A stretch of DNA of 64,000 nucleotides from Candidatus Sericytochromatia bacterium. GTDB lineage: Bacteria; Cyanobacteriota; Sericytochromatia; S15B-MN24; UBA4093. Within the stretch, counting starts at the first letter, position 1, and each line of letters opens with the position of its first letter. A program made the translations under genes and the position numbers. The notes beneath the pieces were generated by a model. It did no database searches and had not been told where the DNA came from. It worked only from the letters and a program-made list of their open reading frames with translations. This document shows, in pieces, positions 43,499 to 53,386 of this stretch. The DNA lies in NCBI GenBank assembly GCA_036676495.1, contig JAKFCT010000047.1, positions 32,001 through 96,000 of the forward strand. Direction: 5' to 3'.

Positions 43499-45928
43499 AT
43501 GCTCAGTCAGAATGCCTTGACGGTTTTGGACAAGCGCTACCTTCAGAAGGATGAACAGGGCCGCGTCTGCGAGACGCCGGACGACCTCTTCTGGCGCGTC
43601 TCCAACACCCTCGCCCAGATCGACGGCCAGTACGGCGCCACCGCGGCCGAAATCCAGGCGACGGCCCAGCGCTTCCACGATCTGATGGCAGGCCTGGACT
43701 TCCTCCCCAACTCCCCCACCCTCGCCAACGCCGGCACCCGCACCGGGCAGCTCTCCGCATGCTTCGTCCTGCCCGTCCAGGACGACCTCGCCGGCATCTT
43801 CGAGACCATCAAGCACGCCGCCCTCATCCACCAGACCGGCGGCGGCACCGGCTTCGCCTTCAGCCGCCTGCGCCCCAAGAACGACCTCGTCGCCTCCACC
43901 AAGGGCGTCTCCTCCGGCCCCGTCTCCTTCATGGACGTCTTCAACGCCGCCACCGAATCCATCAAGCAGGGCGGCATGCGCCGCGGCGCCAACATGGGCA
44001 TCCTCAAGGTCGACCACCCGGACATCATGGACTTCATCCGGCACAAGGAAGACCTCAGCAAGCTCACCAACTTCAACATCTCCGTCGCCGTCACCGACGC
44101 CTTCATGGAAGCCGTCGAGCAGGGCAAGCCCTATGATCTCTTGAATCCCCGCTCGGGTGAGGCCGTCGGCCAGCTCGACGCCCGCACCGTCTGGGGCGAG
44201 ATCATCCGCCGCGCCTGGAACACCGGCGAGCCCGGAGTGGTCTTCATCGACCGCATGAACCGCTACTGCCCCGTCTGGTGGATGGGCCAGTACGAATCCA
44301 CCAACCCCTGCGGCGAACAGCCCCTCATCCCCTACGAGTCCTGCAACCTCGGCTCGATCAACCTCGAGCGCTTCGTGGTCGAAGCCCACGGCAAGCCCCA
44401 GATCGACTACGCCCGCCTGCGCCACGCCGTCCACCTCTCCACCCACCTCCTCGACAACGTCATCGACGCCAACGTCTACCCCATCCCCCAGATCCGCGAG
44501 GTCACCCTCGCCACCCGCAAGATCGGCCTGGGCGTCATGGGCTTCGCCCGCATGCTCTTCCGCATGGGCGTCGGCTACGGCACCGAAGCCTCCTTCAAGC
44601 TGGCCGAGGAAGTCTTCTCGTTCATCGACTTCGAGTCCAAGGTCGCTTCCGTCGAGCTGGCCAAGACCCGCGGCCAGTTCCCCGGCCGTGACGGCCACGA
44701 GGCCGAGTCCAACGTCTTCTTCGAGCGCCTCATGATCGAGCGTGACCGCAACCCCAACCGCCATCCCGAGGCCAACTACGCCGCGCTGATCCGCGAGATC
44801 GAGGCCTACGGCATCCGCAACTCCACCACCACCACCATCGCCCCCACCGGCACCCTGTCCATCATCGCGGACACCTCCGGCGGCTGCGAGCCGGTCTTCG
44901 CCCTCGCCTTCAAGCGCTGGCAGGCCGACACCCACATGGTGGACGTGGACAAGATCTTCCTCGAAACCGCCAAGGCCCGCGGCTTCTACTCGGACGCCCT
45001 CATGGAGGCCGTCGAGGCCAACCACGGCAGCCTGGTGAACCTCGAGGGCTACGACCTCCCCACCGACGTGCTCACCACCTTCGCCACCGCCCACGACATC
45101 ACCCCCAACGAGCACGTCCTCATCCAGGCCGCCTTCCAGCGCTACAACGACTCGGCCACCTCCAAGACCATCAACTTCTCCAACCACGCCACGGTCGAGG
45201 ACGTATCCATCGCCTATCAGCTTGCCTGGGAAACCGGCTGCAAGGGCATCACCATCTACCGCGACGGCTCGCGCCAGTTCCAGCCCCTCTCCACCCCCAA
45301 GGCGGAGCCCAAGGCCGAGCCCAAGGTCGAGGCCAAGCCCGTGGCCGTGGACATGCGCGACCACAAGGTCAAGCCCCGCACCCGCCCCGAGGACCTTTAC
45401 GGCTTCACCCGGGTCACCACCACCGGCGACGGGAAGCTCTACACCACCGTCAACTACGACGAGCGCGGCATGCGCGAGGTGGTGAGCAACATCGGTCGCT
45501 CGGGCGGCACGCTGAACTCGCTCTCGGAAGCCATCGGCCGCCTGATCAGCCTCAGCCTGCAGTACAACGTGCCCGCCGACGAACTGGCCCAGCAGCTCAT
45601 CGGCATCCGGTCGGCGAACCCCTACGGCTTCGGCCCCAACCAGGTGCTGTCGATCCCGGACGCCATCGGCAAGGTCCTCAAGGACTCGCCCCGCCAGCTC
45701 GGCCAGATGATGGCCATGCAGCCCCAGGGTCCTGAGCTCCAGCCCCTGACCGTGCCCCAGCCCCAGACCGTGATCGTCGCGGAGGCCGCCGGCGCCATCA
45801 ACCGTCACGGCGTCCACGCTGTCGAGGTCTACGGCGAATCCCCCGAGTGCCCCGAGTGCGGCCACTCGCTCGAATTCGGCGAAGGCTGCGCGGTCTGCCG
45901 CGGCTGCGGCTACTCCCGCTGCTCCTAG
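43499..45928 (+). CDS. nrdJ: Class II (B12-dependent) ribonucleotide reductase
   Basis: PNSPTLANAG, SACFV, RRGANMG, TNPCGEQ, IAPTGT, KGITIYRDGSR, C-terminal TSCPD-like domain and Cys cluster. Confidence 0.95.
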   Translation: MLSQNALTVLDKRYLQKDEQGRVCETPDDLFWRVSNTLAQIDGQYGATAAEIQATAQRFHDLMAGLDFLPNSPTLANAGTRTGQLSACFVLPVQDDLAGIFETIKHAALIHQTGGGTGFAFSRLRPKNDLVASTKGVSSGPVSFMDVFNAATESIKQGGMRRGANMGILKVDHPDIMDFIRHKEDLSKLTNFNISVAVTDAFMEAVEQGKPYDLLNPRSGEAVGQLDARTVWGEIIRRAWNTGEPGVVFIDRMNRYCPVWWMGQYESTNPCGEQPLIPYESCNLGSINLERFVVEAHGKPQIDYARLRHAVHLSTHLLDNVIDANVYPIPQIREVTLATRKIGLGVMGFARMLFRMGVGYGTEASFKLAEEVFSFIDFESKVASVELAKTRGQFPGRDGHEAESNVFFERLMIERDRNPNRHPEANYAALIREIEAYGIRNSTTTTIAPTGTLSIIADTSGGCEPVFALAFKRWQADTHMVDVDKIFLETAKARGFYSDALMEAVEANHGSLVNLEGYDLPTDVLTTFATAHDITPNEHVLIQAAFQRYNDSATSKTINFSNHATVEDVSIAYQLAWETGCKGITIYRDGSRQFQPLSTPKAEPKAEPKVEAKPVAVDMRDHKVKPRTRPEDLYGFTRVTTTGDGKLYTTVNYDERGMREVVSNIGRSGGTLNSLSEAIGRLISLSLQYNVPADELAQQLIGIRSANPYGFGPNQVLSIPDAIGKVLKDSPRQLGQMMAMQPQGPELQPLTVPQPQTVIVAEAAGAINRHGVHAVEVYGESPECPECGHSLEFGEGCAVCRGCGYSRCS

Positions 45929-45969
45929 CGCGAAAGCCGCTTCAACGGCCTGACGCGAAAGACCCGAAC

Positions 45970-46000
45970 GAGGGCCCGGCTGGTGCCGGGCCCTCCTTTT
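45970..46000 (+). terminator. Intrinsic terminator
   Basis: gagggcccggc-tggt-gccgggccctc followed by ctttt. Confidence 0.8.
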
Positions 46001-46196
46001 CGGCTATGATGCTTAAGAACGCGTTATCGACCCGTTCAAGTCCAAGATCGGCTGCGGAGAAGAGTCGCCCTCAAGGTCGTGACTCCCCGCCTTGATTTGT
46101 CTTCCGGTCTTGGATAGCGTGGACGAGGGCCCTGGGCCGAGAGGCCGGACGAAAACGCCGGCGTGCGCCGAGACGAAGACGATGGGTAGGGTGACA

Positions 46197-46688
46197 ATGG
46201 GTAAAGAGACTGGGAAATCGACGACCGTGGACAAGCCAGACGAAAAAGCCAAGCAGACCGACGACCGCTACACGTTCAGCATCTTCATCGATGCTCCGCA
46301 TGATCGGGTCTGGATGGCCATCAAGGATCAGGTCGAGCACCCGAAGCGCGACCCCAAGCAGATCAAGGGCGTCCAGGTGATCGAGCGCACCCGCAACACG
46401 CTCATTCGCGAGCTCAAGCCGAAGCGCGGCCGCGCCATCCGCGAGACCATCACCTTCTTCCCCAATAAGAAGGCCCTGCGTACCGAGATGAGCCGCGGCC
46501 CCTACTCCAGCATCTCCCAGGAGGTCACCAAGGAGAAGGGCCGCACCAAGCTGACCGTCTCCTTCATGCCGCGCCGCATGACCCGCCTCTTCCTCAAGAT
46601 GAAGCAGTGGGCCAAGAAGCGCCCCCTGGAGCTCGACGACCTCATGAACCTCGCCAAGATGCCCACTCCCGCGGGCAAGAGCAAGTAA
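46197..46688 (+). CDS. SRPBCC/START-like hypothetical protein
   Basis: SIFIDAPHDRVW start of fold, host-like codon usage. Start uncertain. Confidence 0.6.
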   Translation: MGKETGKSTTVDKPDEKAKQTDDRYTFSIFIDAPHDRVWMAIKDQVEHPKRDPKQIKGVQVIERTRNTLIRELKPKRGRAIRETITFFPNKKALRTEMSRGPYSSISQEVTKEKGRTKLTVSFMPRRMTRLFLKMKQWAKKRPLELDDLMNLAKMPTPAGKSK

Positions 46689-46753
46689 GGGAACAAGCCC
46701 CCGATCGATCCCGTCCCATGGGTTGTCCCCCTCTTTTGTAGAAAGGTACCCCC

Positions 46754-47320
46754 ATGTTCAAACCCTTGATCGCAGCCCTGGCCCTGACCCTCACCCTCGC
46801 CCCCCTGGCGGAGGCCAAGCCCTGGCGCGACCCGGCGACGCTCGATTTCTCCAAGGCCAACCAGGACCTCTCCAAGGGCGGCCCCGCCGTCAAGGCCCTC
46901 TTCCCCGCCGGTGGGAACGTCGGCTACATGTTCGGCGGCCACGGTGCCGGCTACCTCACCGAGAACCTCTATCTCGGCGGCGCGGGCTACGGCGGCACGT
47001 TCTCCTCGGGCAACACCGTCTCCGGGGGCCTCGGCTACGGCGGCATGCTGATCGGCATGGAGCAGAAGCTCGGAGAGGCGACCCTCCTCGACCTCAGCCT
47101 GCTCGCCGGCGGCGGCGGCGGCGGCCTCGCCCCGGGCGGCGGCGGCAGCTTCGTCCTCGAGCCCAGCGTCTCGATGAGCCGCCGCTTCGGCGGAGGCGTC
47201 CGGGGAACCCTCAGCCTCGGCTACCTCTACATGCCCACGGCCAACACCCTCTCGGGAGCCACCGTCGGGCTCAGCCTCGCCTTCAAGACCCTGACCTTCA
47301 CCTTCCCCATCGACGACTAG
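46754..47320 (+). CDS. Secreted/outer-membrane beta-barrel-like protein
   Basis: Signal peptide ending AEA, Gly/aromatic-rich alternating strands. Confidence 0.7.
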   Translation: MFKPLIAALALTLTLAPLAEAKPWRDPATLDFSKANQDLSKGGPAVKALFPAGGNVGYMFGGHGAGYLTENLYLGGAGYGGTFSSGNTVSGGLGYGGMLIGMEQKLGEATLLDLSLLAGGGGGGLAPGGGGSFVLEPSVSMSRRFGGGVRGTLSLGYLYMPTANTLSGATVGLSLAFKTLTFTFPIDD

Positions 47321-47333
47321 CCTCTCCCATGCG

Positions 47334-47361
47334 CGAGGCCCCCGGAGTTCCGGGGGCCTCG
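47334..47361. terminator. Stem-loop between convergent genes
   Basis: cgaggcccccgga..tccgggggcctcg. Confidence 0.7.
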
Positions 47362-47398
47362 TCACGTTTGCGGGAAAAGCGGCTAGCGCCGTCCGGCC

Positions 47399-47965
47399 TC
47401 AGCCCACCCGGCGCGGCCAGGTCTGGGTCTTTTCGAGATGGGCCTGGATCTCCTTCCAGCCCCCCACGCGCACCACCCGGTGCTCATGCTCGCCGAAGCG
47501 GCTCTCCCGGTTGTACGGCCAGTCCATGAGGTAGGTCATGGCGCCGGAAGCGGCCAGGTCCAACGCGTTCTGGGGAGCGTCGTCGATGAAGAAGTCGAAG
47601 GGGCCCGCCGCGGATTTGTAACCCTTGGCGAAGACGATCCCATCGTAGCGGATGCCATGCCGGCGCAGCCACTCCTTGGTGGTCTCCTCGGCCGCTTCCG
47701 CCGGGCGATGCGTCACGATGGTGACCGTGCCGGGAAGCTCGTTGACCAGGTGGTAATCCGCCATGGGCGGCAAATCCATCGCGCATTCCATGCAGCGCTC
47801 GAAAACCCGCTCCATCAGATCGCGCGAGACCAGGCCCGCGAAGTAGTAGTCCGTCACCTGATCCGGGCTCACCGTCAGGCCCGTGAGCTCCGTGACGATC
47901 TCCAGCATGGCCGGAAAATGGTGGGCCAGGACTCCGTCGACGTCGACGCCAAAATGGGGCTTCAT
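47399..47965 (-). CDS. 5'(3')-deoxyribonucleotidase-like HAD phosphatase (NT5C family)
   Basis: DVDGVL, VTHR, FIDD, WPYN, RVGGWKEI. Confidence 0.8.
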   Translation of the reverse strand: MKPHFGVDVDGVLAHHFPAMLEIVTELTGLTVSPDQVTDYYFAGLVSRDLMERVFERCMECAMDLPPMADYHLVNELPGTVTIVTHRPAEAAEETTKEWLRRHGIRYDGIVFAKGYKSAAGPFDFFIDDAPQNALDLAASGAMTYLMDWPYNRESRFGEHEHRVVRVGGWKEIQAHLEKTQTWPRRVG

Positions 47966-48093
47966 GCTTCACTCCTTGACTGTTCAGGAGCTTCTTATAC
48001 CCCGGAAACGGGCCGCACAATCCGCTCGAGGAGGGGTCTCCACGGCGAAACCCCGGAACCGCTCGGGTCCCGGGGTGAAGGCGTCACGGCGAT

Positions 48094-48960
48094 CTAGGCG
48101 ACGCCGAAGAAGAAGGGGCCCTGGGAGATGGGTTTATGGAGAATCTCGGCCTTCCGCTCGATGGGAAGCGCCTTCCAGTAGCTCTCGAAGCGCTTGATGT
48201 AGGCAATCTTGGCCTTCTGGCCGGCGTCGTGGAAGCCGTGGGAGTGAAGTTCTTCGATGGCCTGGTCGGCCGTCCAGCCGTCCCGGGCGATCCGCAGGGC
48301 GGCCGCCATGGTCCCCGTGCGGTCCACGCCGTGGAAGCAATGGAAGAAGACCTTGCCGTTCGCCGGATCCAGGGCCGTCTTCAGGAAGGAAAGCGTCTCG
48401 GCATGCGTGGGAGCGCCCAGCGGGGGCAGCGGCAGGTAAATGGCCTTCATCCCGAGGCCTTCCAGGATCTCGGCCTCGCGGTTGTCCTCGGGGCGCAGGT
48501 TGATCACGGTCTTCACGCCGAGCGCCTTCAGCTGGCGGAAGCCTTCCTCAGTCGGCTGAGCCCCGCGCAGCAGCTTCTCCCCCACCGGGGCCAGCTTCTC
48601 CACGTTCGGTCCGTCCGCCTGGCGGGTCATGAGGCCGTAAATCTGATGGCCGGTCTTGGCGATCGCCGGGTGCAAATCCCCCAGCCAGATCAGCGCCTCG
48701 GCGCCCTTGTCCACCGCCTTCACGCGGATGGCCTCGATCGTCCCCTGCCAGGTCTCGGGCAAGGGAGCCTGCGTGGCCTTGGGAAGCGCCCGATCCAGCG
48801 CCACATGAGCGCGGGTCCGAAGCGTGTCCCCCGCGAGCTGCGCCTTGGACCCGGCCGCAGGCGTGGCCTGAGGCGAGGTTTCGGGGCGCTGCCGGATGGC
48901 CAGATCCAGGTGATCGGCGGGGCGGCGTTGAATTGGGGAAGCGGCGCGTGAAATCTGCAT
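48094..48960 (-). CDS. Dual-specificity/tyrosine phosphatase (PFA-DSP-like) with disordered N-terminus
   Basis: RGAQP, GVKTVINLR, HCFHGVDRTG (HCx5R). GGAGG RBS. Confidence 0.88.
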   Translation of the reverse strand: MQISRAASPIQRRPADHLDLAIRQRPETSPQATPAAGSKAQLAGDTLRTRAHVALDRALPKATQAPLPETWQGTIEAIRVKAVDKGAEALIWLGDLHPAIAKTGHQIYGLMTRQADGPNVEKLAPVGEKLLRGAQPTEEGFRQLKALGVKTVINLRPEDNREAEILEGLGMKAIYLPLPPLGAPTHAETLSFLKTALDPANGKVFFHCFHGVDRTGTMAAALRIARDGWTADQAIEELHSHGFHDAGQKAKIAYIKRFESYWKALPIERKAEILHKPISQGPFFFGVA

Positions 48961-49262
48961 GCCTCCCTTATCCGCCATGCGGGAGGCGAACTTGACCAAG
49001 ACCCGGTTAAATTCGCCTAATTCTTTGCCAGTTTCGATCGGCCGATCGGAGGGCCCCCTTGGTAGCGAGGCCTCATTCCGGGTACAATGCTGAAAGCCGC
49101 TCCAAGCAGGTCGTCGTGCGGTCCATGGCCCCGTCGCCTTCGAAATTCCGAGCCGCCGGCGTGTCCAAAGCCCCCGTTCGGGCTGCCACGACGCCCGTAG
49201 GGCCCGTTCCAGGTCGGCTGGCCGCATCCGCATCCCCGTTCGTGACCGTGAGGACCCCCCGC

Positions 49263-50027
49263 ATGATGACCTACCTCGAAGCCGCCCACCTGATCCTCGC
49301 CGAGGCCGGAGCGGCCCTGAGCGAGGAGGAGATGGTCGCCCGCGCGATCGCCAAGGGGCTCATCAAGCCTTCGGGCAAGTCGCCAGTGAAGTCGATCGGC
49401 GTGGTCCTCCGGCGCGCCTCCCAGAACCCCGCCTCGGCCTTCGAGAACGCCGGTCCTCGCCTCTGGCAGCTCAAGCCCTCCTCGGAGACCGACCAGCCCG
49501 TCTCCATGCGCGAGGCCGCCCACCAGATCCTCAAGAAGGCCGGCCGTCCCCTCCATTACCGGGAGATCACCCGCCGGGCCATCCGCCTCGGCATGATCCG
49601 CCCCGAGGGCCGCACGCCCGCCCTCACCCTGCGCGCCCGCATGGGCGACGACATGAACCGCAACCCCGAGACCCCCTTCGTCCGGGTCGGAGACGGCACC
49701 TACGCCCTCAAGGAATGGCCCCTCACCCCCAAGGCGCCCGCCAAGAAGCGCCAGGACTGCGCGTGCTGCGGCTTCAACCCCTCGAAGGCCTACGGAGACC
49801 TCGGAGAGGATGCGCTGGTCAAGCATAAGGAAAATGGTTCGAAGGACTCCGTGCTGGTCTGCGGCAACTGCCAGATCATGCTGAAGCGGACCAGCATGAG
49901 CGAGCTGAAGGCCGTGCTCGCCGAGCGCAAGCCGGCCGTCGTGAAGGCCGTGGCCGTGCGCAAAGTCCCACAGGGCAAAAGCCAGCAGGGTAAGCCCCAG
50001 CAGGGCAAGCCCGCCAAGACCCGCTAA
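49263..50027 (+). CDS. Tandem HARE-HTH protein with degenerate HNH-like Zn finger
   Basis: Two EAA..IL...G..L...E....AI..G.I.P.G.(T/S)P repeats, then CACCGF...YG...CGNC. Confidence 0.75.
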   Translation: MMTYLEAAHLILAEAGAALSEEEMVARAIAKGLIKPSGKSPVKSIGVVLRRASQNPASAFENAGPRLWQLKPSSETDQPVSMREAAHQILKKAGRPLHYREITRRAIRLGMIRPEGRTPALTLRARMGDDMNRNPETPFVRVGDGTYALKEWPLTPKAPAKKRQDCACCGFNPSKAYGDLGEDALVKHKENGSKDSVLVCGNCQIMLKRTSMSELKAVLAERKPAVVKAVAVRKVPQGKSQQGKPQQGKPAKTR

Positions 50028-50066
50028 CCCATCACCGCGCCCCCGGCCTTGCGAGGTCGAGGGGCG

Positions 50067-51200
50067 TTAGCTTTTGGGGGAAAGCGCCAGGAACTCCCGG
50101 ATCCGGCTCAGGCCGGCGGCGACCGTCTCGGGAGGAGCCACCCACGAGATCCGCAGCCAGCCCTCGGCGCCGAAGGCCGCCCCCGGAATCGCCACGACGT
50201 TCTTGCGCTCCAAGAGCGCGAACGCCGCCTTGGTCGAATCTCCCGACCAGGGGCCCGTCAGACGAATCATCGCGTAGAAGCCGCCTTCGGGCAGCACCGC
50301 CCCCAGGCCGACGCGATCGAGCTGCTCCAAGAGGCTCTCCCGCTGCGACGCGTAATGCCCGCGGTGCTGGTCCAGCAAGTCCTGCCGGAAGACTTCGAGC
50401 GCCACGCGCTGGGAGTAGGTGCTCGCGCACGAGACGGCGAACTGATGCACCTTCAAGGCTCCGGCCATGACCTCGGCGGGGGCCATGAGCCAGCCCAGAC
50501 GCAAGCCCGTGAGCGCGTTGCTCTTGGAGAGCGAGTTGACCACGATCGTCCGCGGGTAGACCTCGGCCATCGAGGTCGGAGGCGCCTCGCCGTAGTAAAG
50601 CTCGCGGTAGACCTCGTCCGAGAGCACGTAAACGGGCTCGTCGCGCTCCATGAGAGCTGCCGCCAGAATCTCCAGCTCTTCGCGCGGCCAGACCCGGCCG
50701 GTCGGGTTGCTGGGAGTCGCCAGGACCAGGACCCGGGTCTTCGGGCCCAGGCTTGCTATCACCCGGCGGGCGTCGGGCCGGAAGCCCTGGTAAGGATCGA
50801 GCATCACCTCGCGCGACGCAATCCCCTCCATCTGGCAGAGCTTGGCGTAGAGCGGGTAGCTGGGGCCGACGATCAGGGCCTCGTCATGCGCAGGGTCCAG
50901 GAGGGCCTTGAGGGCGACGAAGAGGGCTTCCTGGCTGCCGACCGTGACGCAGACGTTGGCGGCCTGGTCGAGGCCCGGGTAGGCGTAGTGGCGGGCGATC
51001 GCCCCCCGAAGCTCGCTGAAGCCCGGATTCGGCGAGTAAGGACAGCCATGCTCGGCCACCCAGGCCGTCGCCGCCTCGAAGGGCGCCATGTCCGGACGCA
51101 GGGCCGGCTCTCCCAGCCCCAGGTCGATGGAGTCGGGCCGCTTGCGGCTGTTGAGCTCCCGGATGAGGGACGGAGCAATCTCGGATAGCAACGGGTTCAT
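50067..51200 (-). CDS. PLP aminotransferase class I/II (probable DapC by context)
   Basis: PSNPTG, SDEVY, SLSKSNALTGLRLG. Coupled to dapE-dapD. Confidence 0.85.
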   Translation of the reverse strand: MNPLLSEIAPSLIRELNSRKRPDSIDLGLGEPALRPDMAPFEAATAWVAEHGCPYSPNPGFSELRGAIARHYAYPGLDQAANVCVTVGSQEALFVALKALLDPAHDEALIVGPSYPLYAKLCQMEGIASREVMLDPYQGFRPDARRVIASLGPKTRVLVLATPSNPTGRVWPREELEILAAALMERDEPVYVLSDEVYRELYYGEAPPTSMAEVYPRTIVVNSLSKSNALTGLRLGWLMAPAEVMAGALKVHQFAVSCASTYSQRVALEVFRQDLLDQHRGHYASQRESLLEQLDRVGLGAVLPEGGFYAMIRLTGPWSGDSTKAAFALLERKNVVAIPGAAFGAEGWLRISWVAPPETVAAGLSRIREFLALSPKS

Positions 51201-52261
51201 GCGAAAAGCCTCCTGAGGGCCTTGTACCCGGCCTCCAGGTACTCCACCGGGATCGATTCCCGGGCCTGATGCGCCTGGGCCGTCTCGCCGGGCCCGAAGT
51301 TGATGGCCGGGATCCCGCGGGCCGTCAGGCGCGCCACGTCGGTCCAGGCCTGCTTGGCTTCCACCTCCAGCGGCTCGCCAAGCCGGGCCTGCTCCGCTTG
51401 CCAGGCCGCCACCAGCGGATGATCCAGGCAGACCTCCCCCGAGGGAGCCTCGTCGATCACCGTGACCTCCGCCTCCCCCGCCACGAGCTCCCGCAACTCC
51501 TGGGCCGCGACGGCGAGCGGCTTGCCGGGAGCGAAGCGATAGTTGACGTTGAGGGCGAAGGCGTCCGGGATCACGTTGCGGGAGTTGGAAGTCGACGCCA
51601 TGGTGGCGTTCATGACCTCGTAGAACGTCAGGGGGCCGACCTGGACCTCCCGGCGCCCGAAGGCCTTCAAGCGCTCCAGCATGCCGATGGCCTTGTAGAT
51701 GGCGTTCTCTCCCTGCCAGGGACGGGCGCTATGGGCGCGGCGGCCGTGGAAGGTGAGGGTGGCATGCAGGCCTCCCACGCAGCCCGCCTGGATCCGGTTG
51801 TCCGTGGGCTCCAGGCAGATGCCGAGATCCATCGCGGGGATGGCGCCGGAAGCGAAGAGGGGCTCGAGGCCGTTGTCCACGGCGGGGCCCTCTTCCTTGT
51901 CGTAGAAGACGGCGATCAGATTTCGGCCCAGCGTGTCGGCTTCGGCCAGCAATTCGAGCATGAGGGCGAGGCCGCCCTTCATGTCGCTCGCGCCGCAGCC
52001 GAAGACCCGGCCGTCCCGGATCTCCAGGGGCTGGTCGGCGGCGGGCTTCACGGTGTCGCTATGGCCGAAGAGCCCGAGGGTCGCGCGGCCTTCGTGCTGG
52101 GGGCCCCAGGCCACGACGGAGTTGCCGACCCGCCGGACGCGTTCGGGGCCGACGAGCGCACGGCAGCGGGCTTCGAGGTCGTCGGCGATCGCCGCCTCCG
52201 AGCCCGTCTCGCTATCGATCCCGCAGAGCTCGAGGGTGAGCTCCGCCAAATTTGCCCCCAT
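51197..52261 (-). CDS. dapE: Succinyl-diaminopimelate desuccinylase
   Basis: GHSDTV, GASDMKGG, EEG, HSARPW.GENAI, WTDVAR. Confidence 0.9.
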   Translation of the reverse strand: MGANLAELTLELCGIDSETGSEAAIADDLEARCRALVGPERVRRVGNSVVAWGPQHEGRATLGLFGHSDTVKPAADQPLEIRDGRVFGCGASDMKGGLALMLELLAEADTLGRNLIAVFYDKEEGPAVDNGLEPLFASGAIPAMDLGICLEPTDNRIQAGCVGGLHATLTFHGRRAHSARPWQGENAIYKAIGMLERLKAFGRREVQVGPLTFYEVMNATMASTSNSRNVIPDAFALNVNYRFAPGKPLAVAAQELRELVAGEAEVTVIDEAPSGEVCLDHPLVAAWQAEQARLGEPLEVEAKQAWTDVARLTARGIPAINFGPGETAQAHQARESIPVEYLEAGYKALRRLFA

Positions 52262-52269
52262 GGTGCTCC

Positions 52270-53097
52270 CTAGACCTGCACGTTGAAGGTGCGCAGCACG
52301 TCGTTGAGCGAGGTCTTCTTATCGGTGGAGGCCTTGCGCTGGCCGATGATCAGGGCGCAGGGCACCTGGAAGGTGCCGGCGGGAAACTCCTTCGGCATGG
52401 TGCCAGGGATGACGACCGAGCGCGCGGGCACCCGTCCCTTGGTGATCACGGGCTCGGAGCCGGTGACGTCCACGATGGGAGTGCTGGAGGTCAGGACGAC
52501 GTTGGCGCCCAGAACGGCCTCCTCCTCGACGACGACTCCCTCGACCACGATGCAGCGCGAGCCGATGAAGGCGCCGTCCTCGATGATGACGGGAGAGGCC
52601 GAGGGCGGCTCGAGCACTCCACCAATCCCCACTCCGCCCGAAAGGTGCACGTTTTGACCGATCTGCGCGCACGATCCGACCGTCGCCCAGGTGTCGACCA
52701 TGGTTCCGGCTCCGACGTAGGCGCCAATGTTGACGTAGCTGGGCATCATGATGGCGCCGGCTTCCAGGAACGAGCCGTAACGGGCGATTCCGGGGGGGAC
52801 GACCCGGATGCCGGCCTTGGCGAGGTCGCGCTTGACGGGGACCTTGTCGTGGAATTCGAGGCTGCAGACCTCCATGGTCTCCATGGGCCGGATGGCGAAG
52901 TAGAGGAGGATGGCTTCCTTGACCCAGGCGTTGACCTGCCAGGTGCCGTCGATCTTCTGGGCGACCCGCAGCTCGCCGCGGTCGAGGCGGGCGATGGTTT
53001 CCTCGACGGCCGCACGGGTGGCGGGCTCCTTGAGGAGGTCGCGATTCTGGAAAGCGGACTGGACGAGGGTTTGCAGGTCTTGGGCGGTGGTAGTCAT
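52270..53097 (-). CDS. dapD: Tetrahydrodipicolinate N-succinyltransferase
   Basis: WVKEAILLYF, MPSYVNIGAYV, DTWATVGSCAQIG, GGVGIGGVLEP. Confidence 0.95.
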   Translation of the reverse strand: MTTTAQDLQTLVQSAFQNRDLLKEPATRAAVEETIARLDRGELRVAQKIDGTWQVNAWVKEAILLYFAIRPMETMEVCSLEFHDKVPVKRDLAKAGIRVVPPGIARYGSFLEAGAIMMPSYVNIGAYVGAGTMVDTWATVGSCAQIGQNVHLSGGVGIGGVLEPPSASPVIIEDGAFIGSRCIVVEGVVVEEEAVLGANVVLTSSTPIVDVTGSEPVITKGRVPARSVVIPGTMPKEFPAGTFQVPCALIIGQRKASTDKKTSLNDVLRTFNVQV

Positions 53098-53386
53098 CGT
53101 TCCTCCGAGCATCTGGGGGCACGCTTCCATTATAGCCAGATCCGAGGCGCCAGGGGGATGTGCGCCATCTCACGCCGGCGCCGTGCCCCGGCTCACACGC
53201 TCCGAGCCGGCCTCCGGGAATAAGATCATTACCGTCCGCCCGCCCGGTGGCCCTCCGCGGGGCCTCGGGACGGAGCCGGGCACGGTGTCGGCAATCCGCC
53301 TGGAATCTGCCATAATGCCAGCTGATCATCCTCCCGAACATCAAGCAAGCAATCTAGCGAGTGTCATGCCACGAAAGGAGCCTCCG

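Noticed and set aside
45295-45340. 12-bp repeats in nrdJ (PKAE-PKAE-PKVE)
   Set aside because: Ordinary low-complexity interdomain linker.
43442-45865. Long antisense and alternate-frame ORFs (also 151-1818, 27143-28852, 60524-62593 and others)
   Set aside because: Shadows of real genes in high-GC DNA, with no recognisable motifs.
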